A stretch of 64,000 nt of DNA from Eledone cirrhosa (taxonomy: Eukaryota). Location: assembly GCA_964016885.1 (NCBI GenBank), contig OZ024742.1:290346001-290410000 (forward strand). Direction: 5' to 3'. Positions 1 through 11,929 of the stretch are shown here, piece by piece; position 1 is the first letter of the stretch; every line of letters begins with the position of its first letter. A program made the position numbers and the translations under genes. The notes under the pieces were generated by a model that saw only the letters and a program-made list of their open reading frames with translations, had not been told where the DNA came from and made no database searches.

Positions 1-164
1 GAACAAAACATTATACCATAACTATCAAATGATGAAAAGGAAGTTTCAAGCAGACAACCCTCACCTAAGAAATGAAGTGCGAGACCTTTGGCATGGCACT
101 TCTGTAGATGCTATTACAGGAATAAATAAGGAGGGTTTTAACCGGAGCTACTGTGGTAAAAATG
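1..164 (+). CDS. Penultimate coding exon of a PARP10/12/14/15-like mono-ADP-ribosyltransferase (ART domain, N-terminal half); open at the left edge
   Basis: Frame from nt 2 reads NKTLYHNYQMMKRKF...RDLWHGTSVDAITGINKEGFNRSYCGKN, with the HGT and GFNRSYCG signatures of macro/CCCH-PARPs. Phase-1 donor G|GTAAGA at 164/165. Confidence 0.92.
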
Positions 165-1062
165 GTAAGAAACTGTTTATTTTAACCCTTTCATACCAAA
201 TTGCCTCCTCCTCCTGCTTATTCTTCTTCTTCTCCTTCTATGAAAAGACTAATGATATACCTACAACACTTTTAGAAATCAAATTTCAAAAATTAGCTAC
301 TGAACTTGCGCCACCCTATATATATATATGTATATCACCATACCACCTACGGACACAATTAATTTGCACCTTTAATCTATATATAAGGGCGGTGCCCCAG
401 CATGGCCTCAGCCGGATGGCTGAAACAGGTAAAAGAGTATATATTAGCAGATGTCTGTGCATAATGCCAGTGAGGGAGTGAGAGGGCAGAGAAAGAAACA
501 GCGAGGCAAAGTGAGGAAGTGGCTCGTTACTTCTCATTCGCCAAGGTTTCTCGATAGAGGCAGAAATGTAAATAGTGTGAATATGTGAGTGATTTAGAAA
601 GAGAGAGAAAGAGACAGACTAAAAGAGAGGAAGTGTTACAGAGGGTAAGAGAGAATGTGTGAGCGAGAGAGAGGCGCTGTATGTATGTTCTATTGGAGAA
701 GTTGAAAGAAATCTGGCACAAAGAGAAGGGGAGATAGAGAGAGACGCTGTGTGTTTAATACTGTATGTGTATGTGTCAGTGTGTGGAAATAAGAGGTGAA
801 GGAAAGCAATAACCATTAACATGTATGCGTGCATGTGTGTATGTGGCGTTCTCCAGAAAGTAAAAACTATCCACATATGCACATGTGTGTGCGACGTTCC
901 ACAATCGCCATTTATTTCAATCACTCTTGTGAAGATATTCATGTAACTTTCACTCATTTTTTCATTTAATCCCCATTTTAATTTTCAACAAAGTTTCCAA
1001 GAAATATGTTCTGACTCTCTGCAAGAGGAGACAGGGTAGATATAGATGATCAGCATTCTACA

Positions 1063-4000
1063 GTGAAGCAAAGACAAGTACAGGTAGCCAGAGCAAAGTC
1101 ACTAGAGACCCCTGAACAATGTCAGCAAAGACATGAAAATGATTGGAGGAGAGCTGCTGCACGCATAGCCAATGAGTCACAAGTGGCTAGGGAAAACCGG
1201 TTAGAACAATTGCGTCAACAAAATGCAATCCGCAGGAGCCAAGAGTAAAATGTTTAAAGGATGCAAGACAAAGACAAGCTGCCCGAGTTGCCAATGAGAC
1301 AATAGGTCAGCGAGAGATTAGACAAAGAAAAAACAGTTGCTGCAAGATTTTGCCAATCCTCAGAGGAAAGATGTAAGCATCTTGATCACGATAGGCTGAA
1401 TATGTTTGACAAAAGAGTTGCATCTTTCAAGGGGACTTGGAAAAGATCAGCTTTCAACTATGATCCAAAATATGATAATTCTACAGAGAAATTGATTGAT
1501 ATTGGAACAATGTCAAAAGAGTGCAGTTTTTGTAAAAGAAAGAAATGGGAAAGAGAAACTACCACTATGTGTTGTGGCGGAGGAACGGTTTTTTTACCAA
1601 TGTTTGATACCCCCCAGATACTTTGAAGGCATTGCTTTTGGAAAACACACCAAGGAGCATACACTTCATGTAATACATTAGGAATTATAATTCTGGTTTC
1701 CAAATGACCTCCTTTGGCAGCAATATTATAAGAGAAGGGAACATGAAGCCAACTTTTAAAGTTCAAGGTGAAGTATACTATCGTATTGGATTTTTGTTGC
1801 CAACTGAAGGCAAACATCCTCAGTTTTTACAGCTATATTTTGTGGCAAATTACAAGGAGTAAGCTTTGTAACAGTCATTTAACCTTCCAAATTTGAAAGA
1901 AGAGTTAATCTTTGATCTGCAAGATATGTTGCATGCAAATAATAGCTACATCAGAGCTTCAAGCATACATTAGAATCTGCACCCCCACTGAATACAAAAT
2001 AGTTATTGATGCAGACAAAAAGCCTATTGCTGAACACAGAGGCCGCTACAATGCTCCTGCCACAAATGAAGTAGCAGCAATTATTACAGGCGATAAGTAT
2101 GGGAAGAGAGATATTATTATTCAAGGAAGAGGAAATAAGATGCAGCAGATAAATGCAACCCACCAATAACATGATGCACTCCAGTATCCATTAATCTGTG
2201 TATTTGGCCAAGATAGATATCACTTTAGTATTAAAAATAAAACAGATCTTCAAACAAGAGCTCCTGCACTGACAAAAACAGTAAGCTGCATGGAATTCTA
2301 TACCTAGCTTTTCATTTTAAGAGAGCAAGACTTCAATATTCTTGATCATTCACGTGTGCTCCTCCAGTAATTTGCAGTTGATATGTATGCAAAAATTGAA
2401 GGAGAAAGGCTTATTTACATTAGAACGCATCAGAAAGATCTCTGTGCATCAGATTACATTCACCTGAGAGATGCAATCAGTAATGAAGGAGCATTGGCTG
2501 CTGATAACATTGGACAACTTTGTGCCTTTCTTCCATCAAGCTTTACAGGAAGTCCACGGTATATGCATGAGCGTACCCAAGATACACTTTCATGTGTTAG
2601 ACACTATGGTCGTCCAGACCTCTTCATTACATTCACATGTAACCCAATATGGCATGAAATAAAGAGTGAGCTTTATCATCATCAAGAACCCAAAGATCAC
2701 CATGATATTATAGCTAGGGTGTTCGGACTTAAAGTCATAAAGCTGATGGATCTCCTAAAAAAAGGTGAAGTCTTTGGACTAGTCAAATGTGACATGTACA
2801 CAATTGAATGGCAAATACAAGGATTGCCACATGCCCACATTTTGATTTGGTTACATGAAAACCTTTGGCCAAATGATATTGATTTATTTATCTCAGCTGA
2901 ACTTCCTGATCTACATGGGCCCTGTGGTTCAATTAATCCATCTTCCACATGTATGAGGGATAATAAGTATACCAAGAACTACCCATGTCCCTCTGTATAA
3001 AAAACCCAAACTGGAGAAGATGGCTACCCCCTTTAAAGGAGAAAACCTGGGCATGGTGGATTCACTTCAAAAAAAAAAAGAAAAGAGAATTGGGCAAGAA
3101 TTCATCATTGACAATCGGTGAGTTGTACCTTACTGTCCTCCTCTTACAAAAACTTTCAAAGCCTATATCAATGTTGAATTTTGCAACTCTGTTAAGTCTA
3201 TTAAGTATGTTTGCAAATATATAAACAAAGGTTTAGATGTTGCAGCATACACTCTTATACAGAATGGCAGTCTGCAGATAAATAAAAATGACGAAGTTGC
3301 ACAGTGTGAGAGAGAAAGATACATCAGTAGCAATGAGGCTTTTTGGCACATCTTCAATTTTCCCATTCTTGTGAGGCACCCAACCATCATTCATCTGAGT
3401 GTTCATCTAGAGAATGACCAAAGGGTTATCTTTACAAAACAAACAGCCCTGCAACAAGCACTTTCTCCAAAAGAAACTGCCTTTTTAAAGTTGTGTCAAG
3501 AAGATGAAGATGCAAAACAACTCCTTTACGTAGAATTACCCAAGTATTACACCTGGACAAACAATAAATGGCACAAGAGGACACGTGGGGCTGATGCTCT
3601 TACAAGAGTTTACAGTGTCCACCCAAGCCAAGCAGAAGGCTACTACTTACCTTTTGCATGAAGTACGTGGTCACAAATCATTCCAAGATTTGAAGAGAGT
3701 AAATCGTCATGCATGTGAAACTTATAGAGAAGCATGCTATCAACAAGGTTCTTTAGAAAATGATGATCATTGGGACCTTGCGTTGACTGAAGCATCAGTG
3801 ACAGATTCTCCAAGGAAACTCCGTAACCTTTTTGCATTTATGCAGAACATGTGTCAACTTGTCAGTCCCCTACATCTTTGGATGAAACATTGTGAGGACA
3901 TGAACTGCATACTTTAAGTCCTCAGCCAACAGGCAAATCCAGATATCAATATTCAGTTCTCTGAAAATTTTTTTAACCAAGCACTAATTGAAATTGAGGA

Positions 4001-5228
4001 TCAAGTTTTGGTCATGGGAGGCAAAAATTTGCAAGAGTCAGGTTCTGGACTACCAAAAAGAAACCGTCAAGTTAGTGCATTAACTTCAAGAGAGATAACA
4101 AGCGAGGTAAATTATGGCATCACAGAGTTGGCTGCATTTGTGAATGAACATGAACCTAAACTTCTTCCAGAACAACGCCGTGCATATGATAAAATTATTT
4201 CATCAGTCAGAGAAAAAAGGTGGAGGAATTTTCTTTCGTGATGCTCCTGGTGGCACAGGTAAAACATTTGTAACAACATTGCTTCTCTCCAAGGTAAGGC
4301 AACAAAAAAGAATTGCAGTTGCTATAGCATCATCTGGCATTGCTGCCACCTTCTCCCAGGAGGACAAACAGCTCATTCTGCTTTTAAATTACTGCTAAAC
4401 CTGGACACAAATGACAGTCCAATTTGTAACATAAGCAAAGGTTTGGCAGAAGTATGGTGCCAATGCCACCTGATCGTTTGGGAAGAATGTACCATGTCAC
4501 ATAGAGGTGTAATTGAAGGTCTTGATAAGACGTTACAGGACATAAGAGGCAACAATAAATCTATGGGAGGAGTTACATTAGTTTTATTAGACATTACCAG
4601 TCATTCCGAGAGGAATGAGAGCTGATGAAATAAAAGCATGCATTAAGTCTTCGCACCTATGGAATAAAGTACAGAAATTCTCCTTCAATACTAATATGCG
4701 AGCTTTATTACACAGGGACCAATGTACACAACAGTTTTCAACCCAGCTCCTCCAATTAGGAAATGGAAAAGTACCACTTGATGGGAATGGTGATGTTGAT
4801 TTGGCTCATATTGCTATCATGGTGAATTACCCAGCTGAATTGAAGAGTAGGGTATTTCCAGACTTAAGTAAAAATTATAATTCACATAAATGCTTGTGTG
4901 AAAAGGGCAATTCTTGTTCCAAAAAATGAGACAGTAGCAAGGATTAACCATGAATAAGATTCCAACAGTCATTAAGGAGTACAAATCAGTTGATTCATTC
5001 CTTGATGAAAACCAAACTGTCCACTACCCAACAGAGTTCCTCAATTCTCTTAAGCCACCTGGAACTCCTCCACATAAACCTTTTCTAAGAAATTTAGTTC
5101 CTCCTAAATTATGCAATGGGACAAGGTTGATTGTGAAGACATTATCACCTCATGTTATAGAAGCTACCATCATCACTGGATATGCCTCTGGGGAAGATGT
5201 ATTCATTGTTTACCCAGTTCTTACGTAA
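1063..5228 (+). pseudogene. Helitron RepHel pseudogene with many stops and frameshifts
   Basis: STPR-like ETPEQ..R repeats, a CxxC..CC finger, Rep motifs PDLFITFTCNP, EWQIQGLPHAHIL (HUH) and KYVCKYINKG, and Pif1 helicase motifs DAPGGTGKT, EECTM and LCNGTRL. The last helicase motifs are missing. Confidence 0.93.
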
Positions 5229-5309
5229 TTTCCGTCAACATATGTGATAGAATTTATCTCCCTTCATAAAAGTGGTAAATTTTGTATTTTCGTTTATTTT
5301 GGCAGTATC

Positions 5310-5500
5310 GGTAGAGGGTCGGACGCCATGCTTTGACGCATAGAGTTACGGCCCTTGCCATTCTGAGTTCAAATCCCGCCGAGGTTAACTTTGCTTTTCA
5401 TCCTTACGGGGTCGAGAAAATAAAGTACCAGTAATACGCTGGGCAATTTTTTTTTTTTTTGCTGGCCTTGTGCCAAAAGTAGAAACAATTATCATTATTA
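5310..5500 (+). mobile_element. tRNA-derived SINE copy
   Basis: B-box-like GAGTTCAAATCC, then the body GCCGAGGTTAACTTTGCTTTTCATCC...AAAGTACCAG and an (ATT)n tail. Related fragments at about 25065 and 25440-25520. Confidence 0.65.
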
Positions 5501-5660
5501 TTATGAATTCGGAATTGATTTCATCATGTATCCCAATTGAAGAATAAATTGAATTTAGAATAACAAGTTTCTATACTACATATTTTGCTTTTTTCTTCTA
5601 ATATATAAGGAATAATTTTATTCCCAGGCAGTGCCAGGTGCCTCTGCTAGTACCTATATA

Positions 5661-5912
5661 TCATCATCATTTTACGTCCGCTTTTCCCTGCTTGCAAGGG
5701 TGGGATGGGTCTTATTCAGCACAGCATCTCTACACTCGTCACGGTCCTTCGTCATCTCCACCGTGAGCTTCAATGATCTGAGGTCTGTTCTCACCACCTC
5801 CGCTCATGTTTTTCGTGGTCTACCTCTACCACGTCTTCCTTCAACTGGCATTTCCTGGCACTTCTTCACCCATCGGTCATCCTCCATGCGCATCACATGT
5901 CCATACCACAGT
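5661..5912 (-). mobile_element. RTE LINE 3' fragment (a third family, here called C)
   Basis: Minus strand encodes LWYGHVMRMEDDRWVKKC...GRGRPRKT and ends in (GAT)n. Similar fragments at about 24160-24305 and 37064-37255. Confidence 0.8.
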
Positions 5913-6169
5913 AATTTATTGTACCGGTTTCAACTGATAATTATTTTGGCTTCTTCATGCTACAGGAAATATGATAAAATGTATATAATAAAATTAAGGT
6001 GTATATTAATTAGAAGAGGGTATTAGAGAACATAGTTTACATATATATAAATATAAAAGTTCACATTCTGTTTATCTCTTTTTCTCTCTCTCTCCTCCTT
6101 GGTGGTTTGGTGGTAGTAGCAACTAAGATAGAGGTTGGTTTGTTCTCTGTGTGTGTGTGTATATATAAG

Positions 6170-6475
6170 AGTGTCAGGTTTACAATCGTGAGGTTGTGAT
6201 TCTCAGACCGAGCTTTGCGTTGTGTTCTTGAGCAAGGCACTTTATTTTATGTTGCTCCAGTTCACTCAGCAGTAGAAATGAGTTGCGACATCACTGGTGC
6301 CAAGCTGTATCGGCTATTACCTTTCACTTGGACAACATCGGTGATGTGGAGAGAGGAGACTGGTATGCATGGGCAACTGGTGGTCTTCCACATACAACCT
6401 TGCCTGGGCTTGTGCCTCGGAGGGGAACTTTCTAGGTGCAAATCCCATGGTCATTTGTGACGAAAGGAGGTCTTT
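6170..6475 (+). mobile_element. SINE copy (GTGTTCTTGAGCAAGGCACTT core type)
   Basis: Shares its core with 25635-25885 and with the A/B-box-bearing copy at 59178-59320. Confidence 0.65.
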
Positions 6476-6808
6476 TTTTTTAATATATTTATATTAATAT
6501 GTATGTGATGAAACACAGATACCAACACATCTGTATATTGCGAAAGAAAAATTTAGCCAGATTGAAGTATACTAATTATTATACTACAGTTTGTTCATAT
6601 CGATTTAAAATAATAAATCAACGGAGACGAACTGTATTGGCAAAAGACCGTGATGTTTAGACACATTTAAATTTCAAAATCAAACCTGTTCCGTAGATAA
6701 GTTTAGACTTTAAGATCCAAATATGTTTCGAGTTAAATAAGTGTAGGAATATCAAGTGCCGCTCTCCTCAGTAAACATATATATATATATTTTTTTTTTT
6801 CATTTTAG

Positions 6809-7071
6809 CGACTGCATATGGTAAAGGTGTATACTTTGCCAGAGATATAACATATTCTGCAAGCAACACCTATTCCACTCCTGACTTAAACCAAGAAAAA
6901 AGAATATACAAATGTGATGTTCTTGTCGGCAAATGTATGCAAGGAAATAGTCAATTAACTGTGTTAGAGGACTCCACTAATAGTGCTGTGGATAATTTAC
7001 ATTCTCCGACAATATATGTTATATTCCATGACTGCCAAGCTTATCCTCGTTACTTAATAACATACACTTGA
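6809..7071 (+). CDS. Last coding exon of the same PARP gene (ART domain, C-terminal half)
   Basis: Acceptor tttttcattttAG|CG completes G+CG=Ala in phase. Translates ATAYGKGVYFARDITYSASNTYS...VLVGKCMQGN...SAVDNLHSPTIYVIFHDCQAYPRYLITYT* (TGA 7069-7071). Not in the ORF track. Confidence 0.93.
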
Positions 7072-7099
7072 AGAAATCATCACATTTTGCTCTTGTAAT

Positions 7100-7118
7100 A
7101 ATAAAACTATTCAATAAA
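7100..7118 (+). terminator. Candidate polyadenylation signals of the PARP gene
   Basis: AATAAA at 7100-7105 and 7113-7118, about 30-45 nt after the stop codon, followed by T/GT-rich sequence. Confidence 0.5.
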
Positions 7119-7200
7119 CTATTATGTTTGTATCAATCACATCGAATTTCTTCTCTTTTCTATTGTTTAACCCCTTTACTGCTACAAAACTGAACAGACA

Positions 7201-7522
7201 AAAACACTACATGGTTGATAAAGACTTGATAACATGGCCAAGAACACTACATGGTTGATATATCAGCCTTGATAACATGGTCAAAAACACTACATGGTTC
7301 ATATAATATAACCAAAAACACTACATGGTTCATATAATATAACGAAAAACACTACATGGTTGATATATAAGACTTGATAAAACAGCCCAAAACACTTCAT
7401 GGTTGATATAATATAGACAACAATACTACATGTTTGATATATGAGCCATAAGCTAGCCAAAAATACTACATGTTTCATGTATCAGCCATGATGACCTAGC
7501 CAACAACACTACACTTGCTATA
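7201..7522. repeat. Irregular minisatellite: about 9 copies of an AAAACACTACATGGTTGATATA core with 30-44 bp spacing
   Basis: Cores visible at about 7201, 7241, 7284, 7314, 7345, 7389, 7421, 7460 and 7504, degenerating rightwards. Confidence 0.85.
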
Positions 7523-7793
7523 TGAACCTAAAATTGTAAAACTCTTCTTGATAATCTAGTAAACTCCAAACAAACAAATAATGTAAACCACATCTCTCAG
7601 TTACCAAACATTGTTCTTTAATATCTTCCTGTTGTGTTTTTAGTTTATTTCACATTTTTTTTAGTGATATTTCCAAGAAGTATGAAAGGATGAGTGACAC
7701 AGATGATAACAGTAGTAGTGATCATAATATTGATGATCCTGGTTAATTAATTTTGGTATAATTATCTGCAAGAATTAGGGCAGTTTTGATAGT

Positions 7794-7854
7794 CTGGGTT
7801 GGGAGGACCTTTCAGTCATGTCAAGGACATGACTGAAGGGTCCTCCCAACCCAG
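7794..7854. repeat. 29-bp inverted repeat with a 3-nt loop
   Basis: CTGGGTTGGGAGGACCTTTCAGTCATGTC-AAG-GACATGACTGAAGGGTCCTCCCAACCCAG; one mismatch, which is a U-G wobble on the + strand. Confidence 0.95.
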
Positions 7855-8026
7855 GTCAAAATGTAATATATATATTTTTTTAAATACACCTACGATTATT
7901 CATCTAGATGAAACATTATGTAAGGAATAAACAATGTTGATAAGTGTGTTTTGACTCTCCATCTTAATTTTCAAATCCATGCTAGCGTAGAAGATGGACG
8001 TTAAACGATGATGATGATGATATATA

Positions 8027-8525
8027 TGTACAGCCACCGGAAATAACATCTGTGAAATATACAGCGCCATCTACCTGTTAGCGAGCTACCTCAACGTGAA
8101 ACAAAAGAACCCTTAAAAGCTACCAGAATAAACGCCTACACACCGGCTAAACATCAAACAATTATTTCTGTATAAATAGAGTGGTTCCAAACACTTCGCC
8201 AGTCGACATTTGGCAGAGTCAGCTAGCGTATCGTTGTTCCTCGCCTCTGCCACGCTTTGTCACTCACACACGCCTTGTACCTTGTATCGTCGCTTCATGT
8301 GAAAATAAATAGCTGATTGAATTTACATCTCGCCTTGCTTCATCCTTTCAACTTGTGCTTTCGTCTGTCAATCCTAAACAGTTCTTTTAAGGGCTATATG
8401 CGACAACAGTCCTTTTAAGGGCTATCTTCAGATCTGATCAGACCGTATGCGATAACAGTCCTTCTAAGGGCTATTCTCGGATCTGATCAGAAGTAGTGAC
8501 CAGACTGACTAACCACGTCGCTACA
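8027..8525 (+). mobile_element. Probable solo LTR (about 500 bp)
   Basis: TGTA...TACA termini with TATA on both flanks (4-bp TSD in a TA run), internal TATAAATA at about 8172 and AATAAA at about 8305, and three internal ACAGTyCTTyTAAGGGCTAT repeats. Confidence 0.7.
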
Positions 8526-10329
8526 TATATATAGACACACACACATACAGAGACCGGACATGCCATCAATCAGATCTACTTGCTGTTATACAATGGGCGG
8601 AGAAAAACAATATGCTACTGAACCAGGATAAATTTGAACTAATCTACTTTGGAAAAACGGATGCACTGAAATAGCTTATTCTCTTCCCTTGGGTGAAACA
8701 CTCGTGGCATGCAACATCAGAGACCTAGGTTGTACGTAATTGTTGATAACAACCTAGCAGTTTACTTTTATAATATATTAAATTACTTAGAGAAGAGAAT
8801 TAAACACAACAAACCAGTCGTCCAGTTCAATTAAAATATTCCCTTTGTCTTTAAGTGTGTCTGCTTTAGCCTCCAGAACTTTCGAGTAATTAGTGAAACA
8901 ATATTGTAGACGACACAAATCAACATTTAACGAAGCCATTTTTACCCGCCAAATCAAAGGGAAACAACTCAGAATATACCAATTCGTTTTATTTATTTAA
9001 ACCCCCCTACAGAGCTATTAAGTCATGACAGACTAGGAGAGGTATCTAGTACCTCTTACAGTTAAGAAAATCCGACCATCTTCCCGTTCCACGGTGGTAA
9101 ACCAGTTATAGGGGATGCCACATGCAGCGAAACATCCGCTCTCTATATCCCACTTCATACCTCACACTCTCTCACTAGACCACCAAATTCTCTCCTCTCT
9201 ATATTCAACTACATACCTCACTCTCTTTCAAGTCCCCATCTCTCACTCCTCTCTATAACCCACAACATATCTCACTCTCTCTCACAATTCCCCCTCTCTC
9301 ATTAGACCACAAATTCTCTTTCCCTCTATATCCTACTACAATAATTTGTTACTTTAAAACAACAAATGTTTTCATCTTCCGTAAAGAACGATAAGGTTCT
9401 CCATTCCCTCTCCCACCTTTTGAACCCCGGGGTGTAGAGGAGATCTTATTTTTAGTGGTGTGCTTTTGTTGAATTATTTGACAGGAGTTTAAATATGTGG
9501 TGGTGGTGTAGAGGGTGATGGTGGTGGTAGTATGGTGTTGGTGGTGATTGTTTATTTTGAATATATCTATCTATATACTGTTAAAACTGTGATTGCGTGT
9601 TTGTCTGTAATTTAAAATAACCAAAACGGTGCATAATTGGAAAATACTTTGAAAGGTAGTAGACTCTGAAATGTGAATACAAATGGAATAATATAAATTT
9701 CACGTAAATTGGAGCACGGTTTCCCAAGATACAGGGTTTTTCCAGGTACCTTCATAAAATAAGAGAGTAAAAGATAGAGAGAAAGATATAGTGGTTGTGA
9801 GAGAGTAGATTCAAAGAAAGAGCTGGTGGTGTTGAATGAAAATATAACAGGTGACTTCAAATAATCGAATACAGCATTACTGTATCCAGCTAAAGTTTGG
9901 TGACTGAATATTAAATCATATGTATAATATAACTTGTGTTAGGACAAGTGGTGTGTAGCAAATATTTCCTGGTAAGTAGGAAGGGTTTTTAAGTTTGTGT
10001 GTATATGTGTGCATGTGTGTGTGTATGTCTATATATTTATATGTGTGTGTATGTATATATATATTTATCTATATATAATATAAAAGGGAGATGTCATTGG
10101 TTGGTTGGTTGAACCACACGAAAACTATACACACACATCTAAAGAGAGAGACACAGAGGGAGAGGCAGAGAGAGATAGGCCGTTATACAGAGAGAGAAAG
10201 ATGTCCCACAAAAGTCTAGAATCAGCTTAAACTAAATCAAAGTATCAGTTGAAGGTTTAACTTTATTGCGTTAACTTTTATAAACTCATTTTACACCAGT
10301 CTTTGAGATATTAAAAGCCTTAAATAGAG

Positions 10330-11190
10330 AATGTGTTCTCTGGCTGACTCATGTGTGCCGGGTGGCCTGGATATCTGGAATGGCACCTAAGCAATGGCAA
10401 TCGGGAGGGATAATCCCAATTTTCAAAAAGGGAGACGAGATATTGCTCCATTTATAGAGTGATCTTGTTAGCCTCCCCAATAAAGTCTATGCTAAGTGTT
10501 TGGCAAAGAGATGTGGGGTGGTTGTTGAGTCCAAACTAATTGATGAACTGTGGTTTTCGCCCTGGATGCAACACACAGCCAACCAAATATTCACATTGCG
10601 GCAGGTTTTTGAAAAGTCATGGGAATACACCCAATGTAGACCTCGAAAAGGTAAATGACCACGTCCCGCTGCGGAAAGTTCTCCAGTAATATGGGATCGA
10701 TGGTCAGCTTCTTGTTGCTCCGATATCTCTATACAAATGCCCAAGTATTTGTGTTTGGATAAATAGTGTTAAATCAAAACTATTCAATGTGGGAGTTGGA
10801 CTCTGCCAAAGGTACGTATTATCACCTCTCCTGTTCATTATTTTTATAAACAGAATTGACAGCTGAGTTAGAAGTGATATTATAACTGGTTGGTATAGAA
10901 TTAGTGGGCTGGAATTTGCTGATGATATCGTATTACCTAACTTGTCAGAAGGTAATATCCAACATGCCGAGTGCTACATAGCTGAAATGAAAATCAGTGC
11001 TGCAAAGACTGAGACACTTGCTCTTTCAAGGAAGCCAATGCAGTGTACCCTACGTATGAATGGAGTTCCACTGAAGCAGTGGAAAAGTTCAAGTATAACG
11101 GAGCCGTGTTTAAGAGTGATAGAAGGTAGAAAGCTGTGTCAAGTTAAAAAATTGTAGATGGTGCGGTAATGTGCCAGCTTCAGTATTCTC
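10330..11190 (+). mobile_element. Old, degraded RTE-like LINE RT fragment
   Basis: Broken frames give [33 protein letters not shown] and FADDIVL. Confidence 0.75.
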
Positions 11191-11929
11191 CCTGTAGGGG
11201 ACTTCTGGTGTCCTTGGCCTCGGCCAACTCCCCACACTACAAACGTATAAACCGTAAACATTAAATCTATAGACCTATTAATACCAATCATTAGACATAT
11301 AGACCTATAAACCCTGAACATCAAACATATAGATATTTACCCCCCCCCCCCCTCCCCCGTGTCCCAGACCAGATATTAGATATGGCATTTATCAATCTGG
11401 TCATTCCGTATTTCATAAAACCGTGTCAGTGCGTATATAAAACAATACTACATTTTGTCTTTTTTGGTCATTAAAAACACAACACATACACGCATACATA
11501 CATACATACATGATGGCTGCCCCCTCGTTATCGGGTATGCCATTGCACGATCAAAAAAATACACATATACATATGCATACATACACACACACATCATACA
11601 TATACATTAATAATTAACTGTGCTGCGATCGAATATGGCTTTTTAGCCCAGCCAATGATCTAAAATGTCTTGCACAGAATTGGCAACCAAATTAAAAACA
11701 GACATGCATATATATCTACCTAGTTGATGTTGTTTAAGTTCCAATGAGAGAGTCTTGTATCTATGTTAGAAACCGACTCTTTCTTTATTGGTAAAAATTT
11801 TCAAAATTATAAAACCAGAAGATCATACATACATAACTGCCAGATATCTGAAGGTCACGTGGTCCAAAGGTGTGGAAGAAAAGCTTAATATTTTGTTATA
11901 TGTTTCAGCTATCACATTGCTAGTCTATC

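Larger units (their letters stand above)
376..5650 (+). mobile_element. Decayed autonomous Helitron inside the last PARP intron
   Basis: 3' end CCCAGGCAGTGCCAGG...CTGCTAG|T at 5650 (subterminal hairpin remnant plus CTRR before T). Probable 5' end A|TCTATATATA at 376 (less certain). Contains Rep/helicase fragments. Confidence 0.85.

Noticed and set aside
165-481. C-terminal part of ORF 29..481
   Set aside because: Intron read-through after the donor at 165; PARP similarity resumes at 6809.
7201-7522. CRISPR array
   Set aside because: Eukaryotic context, no cas genes, and the spacers are homologous to each other with two length classes.
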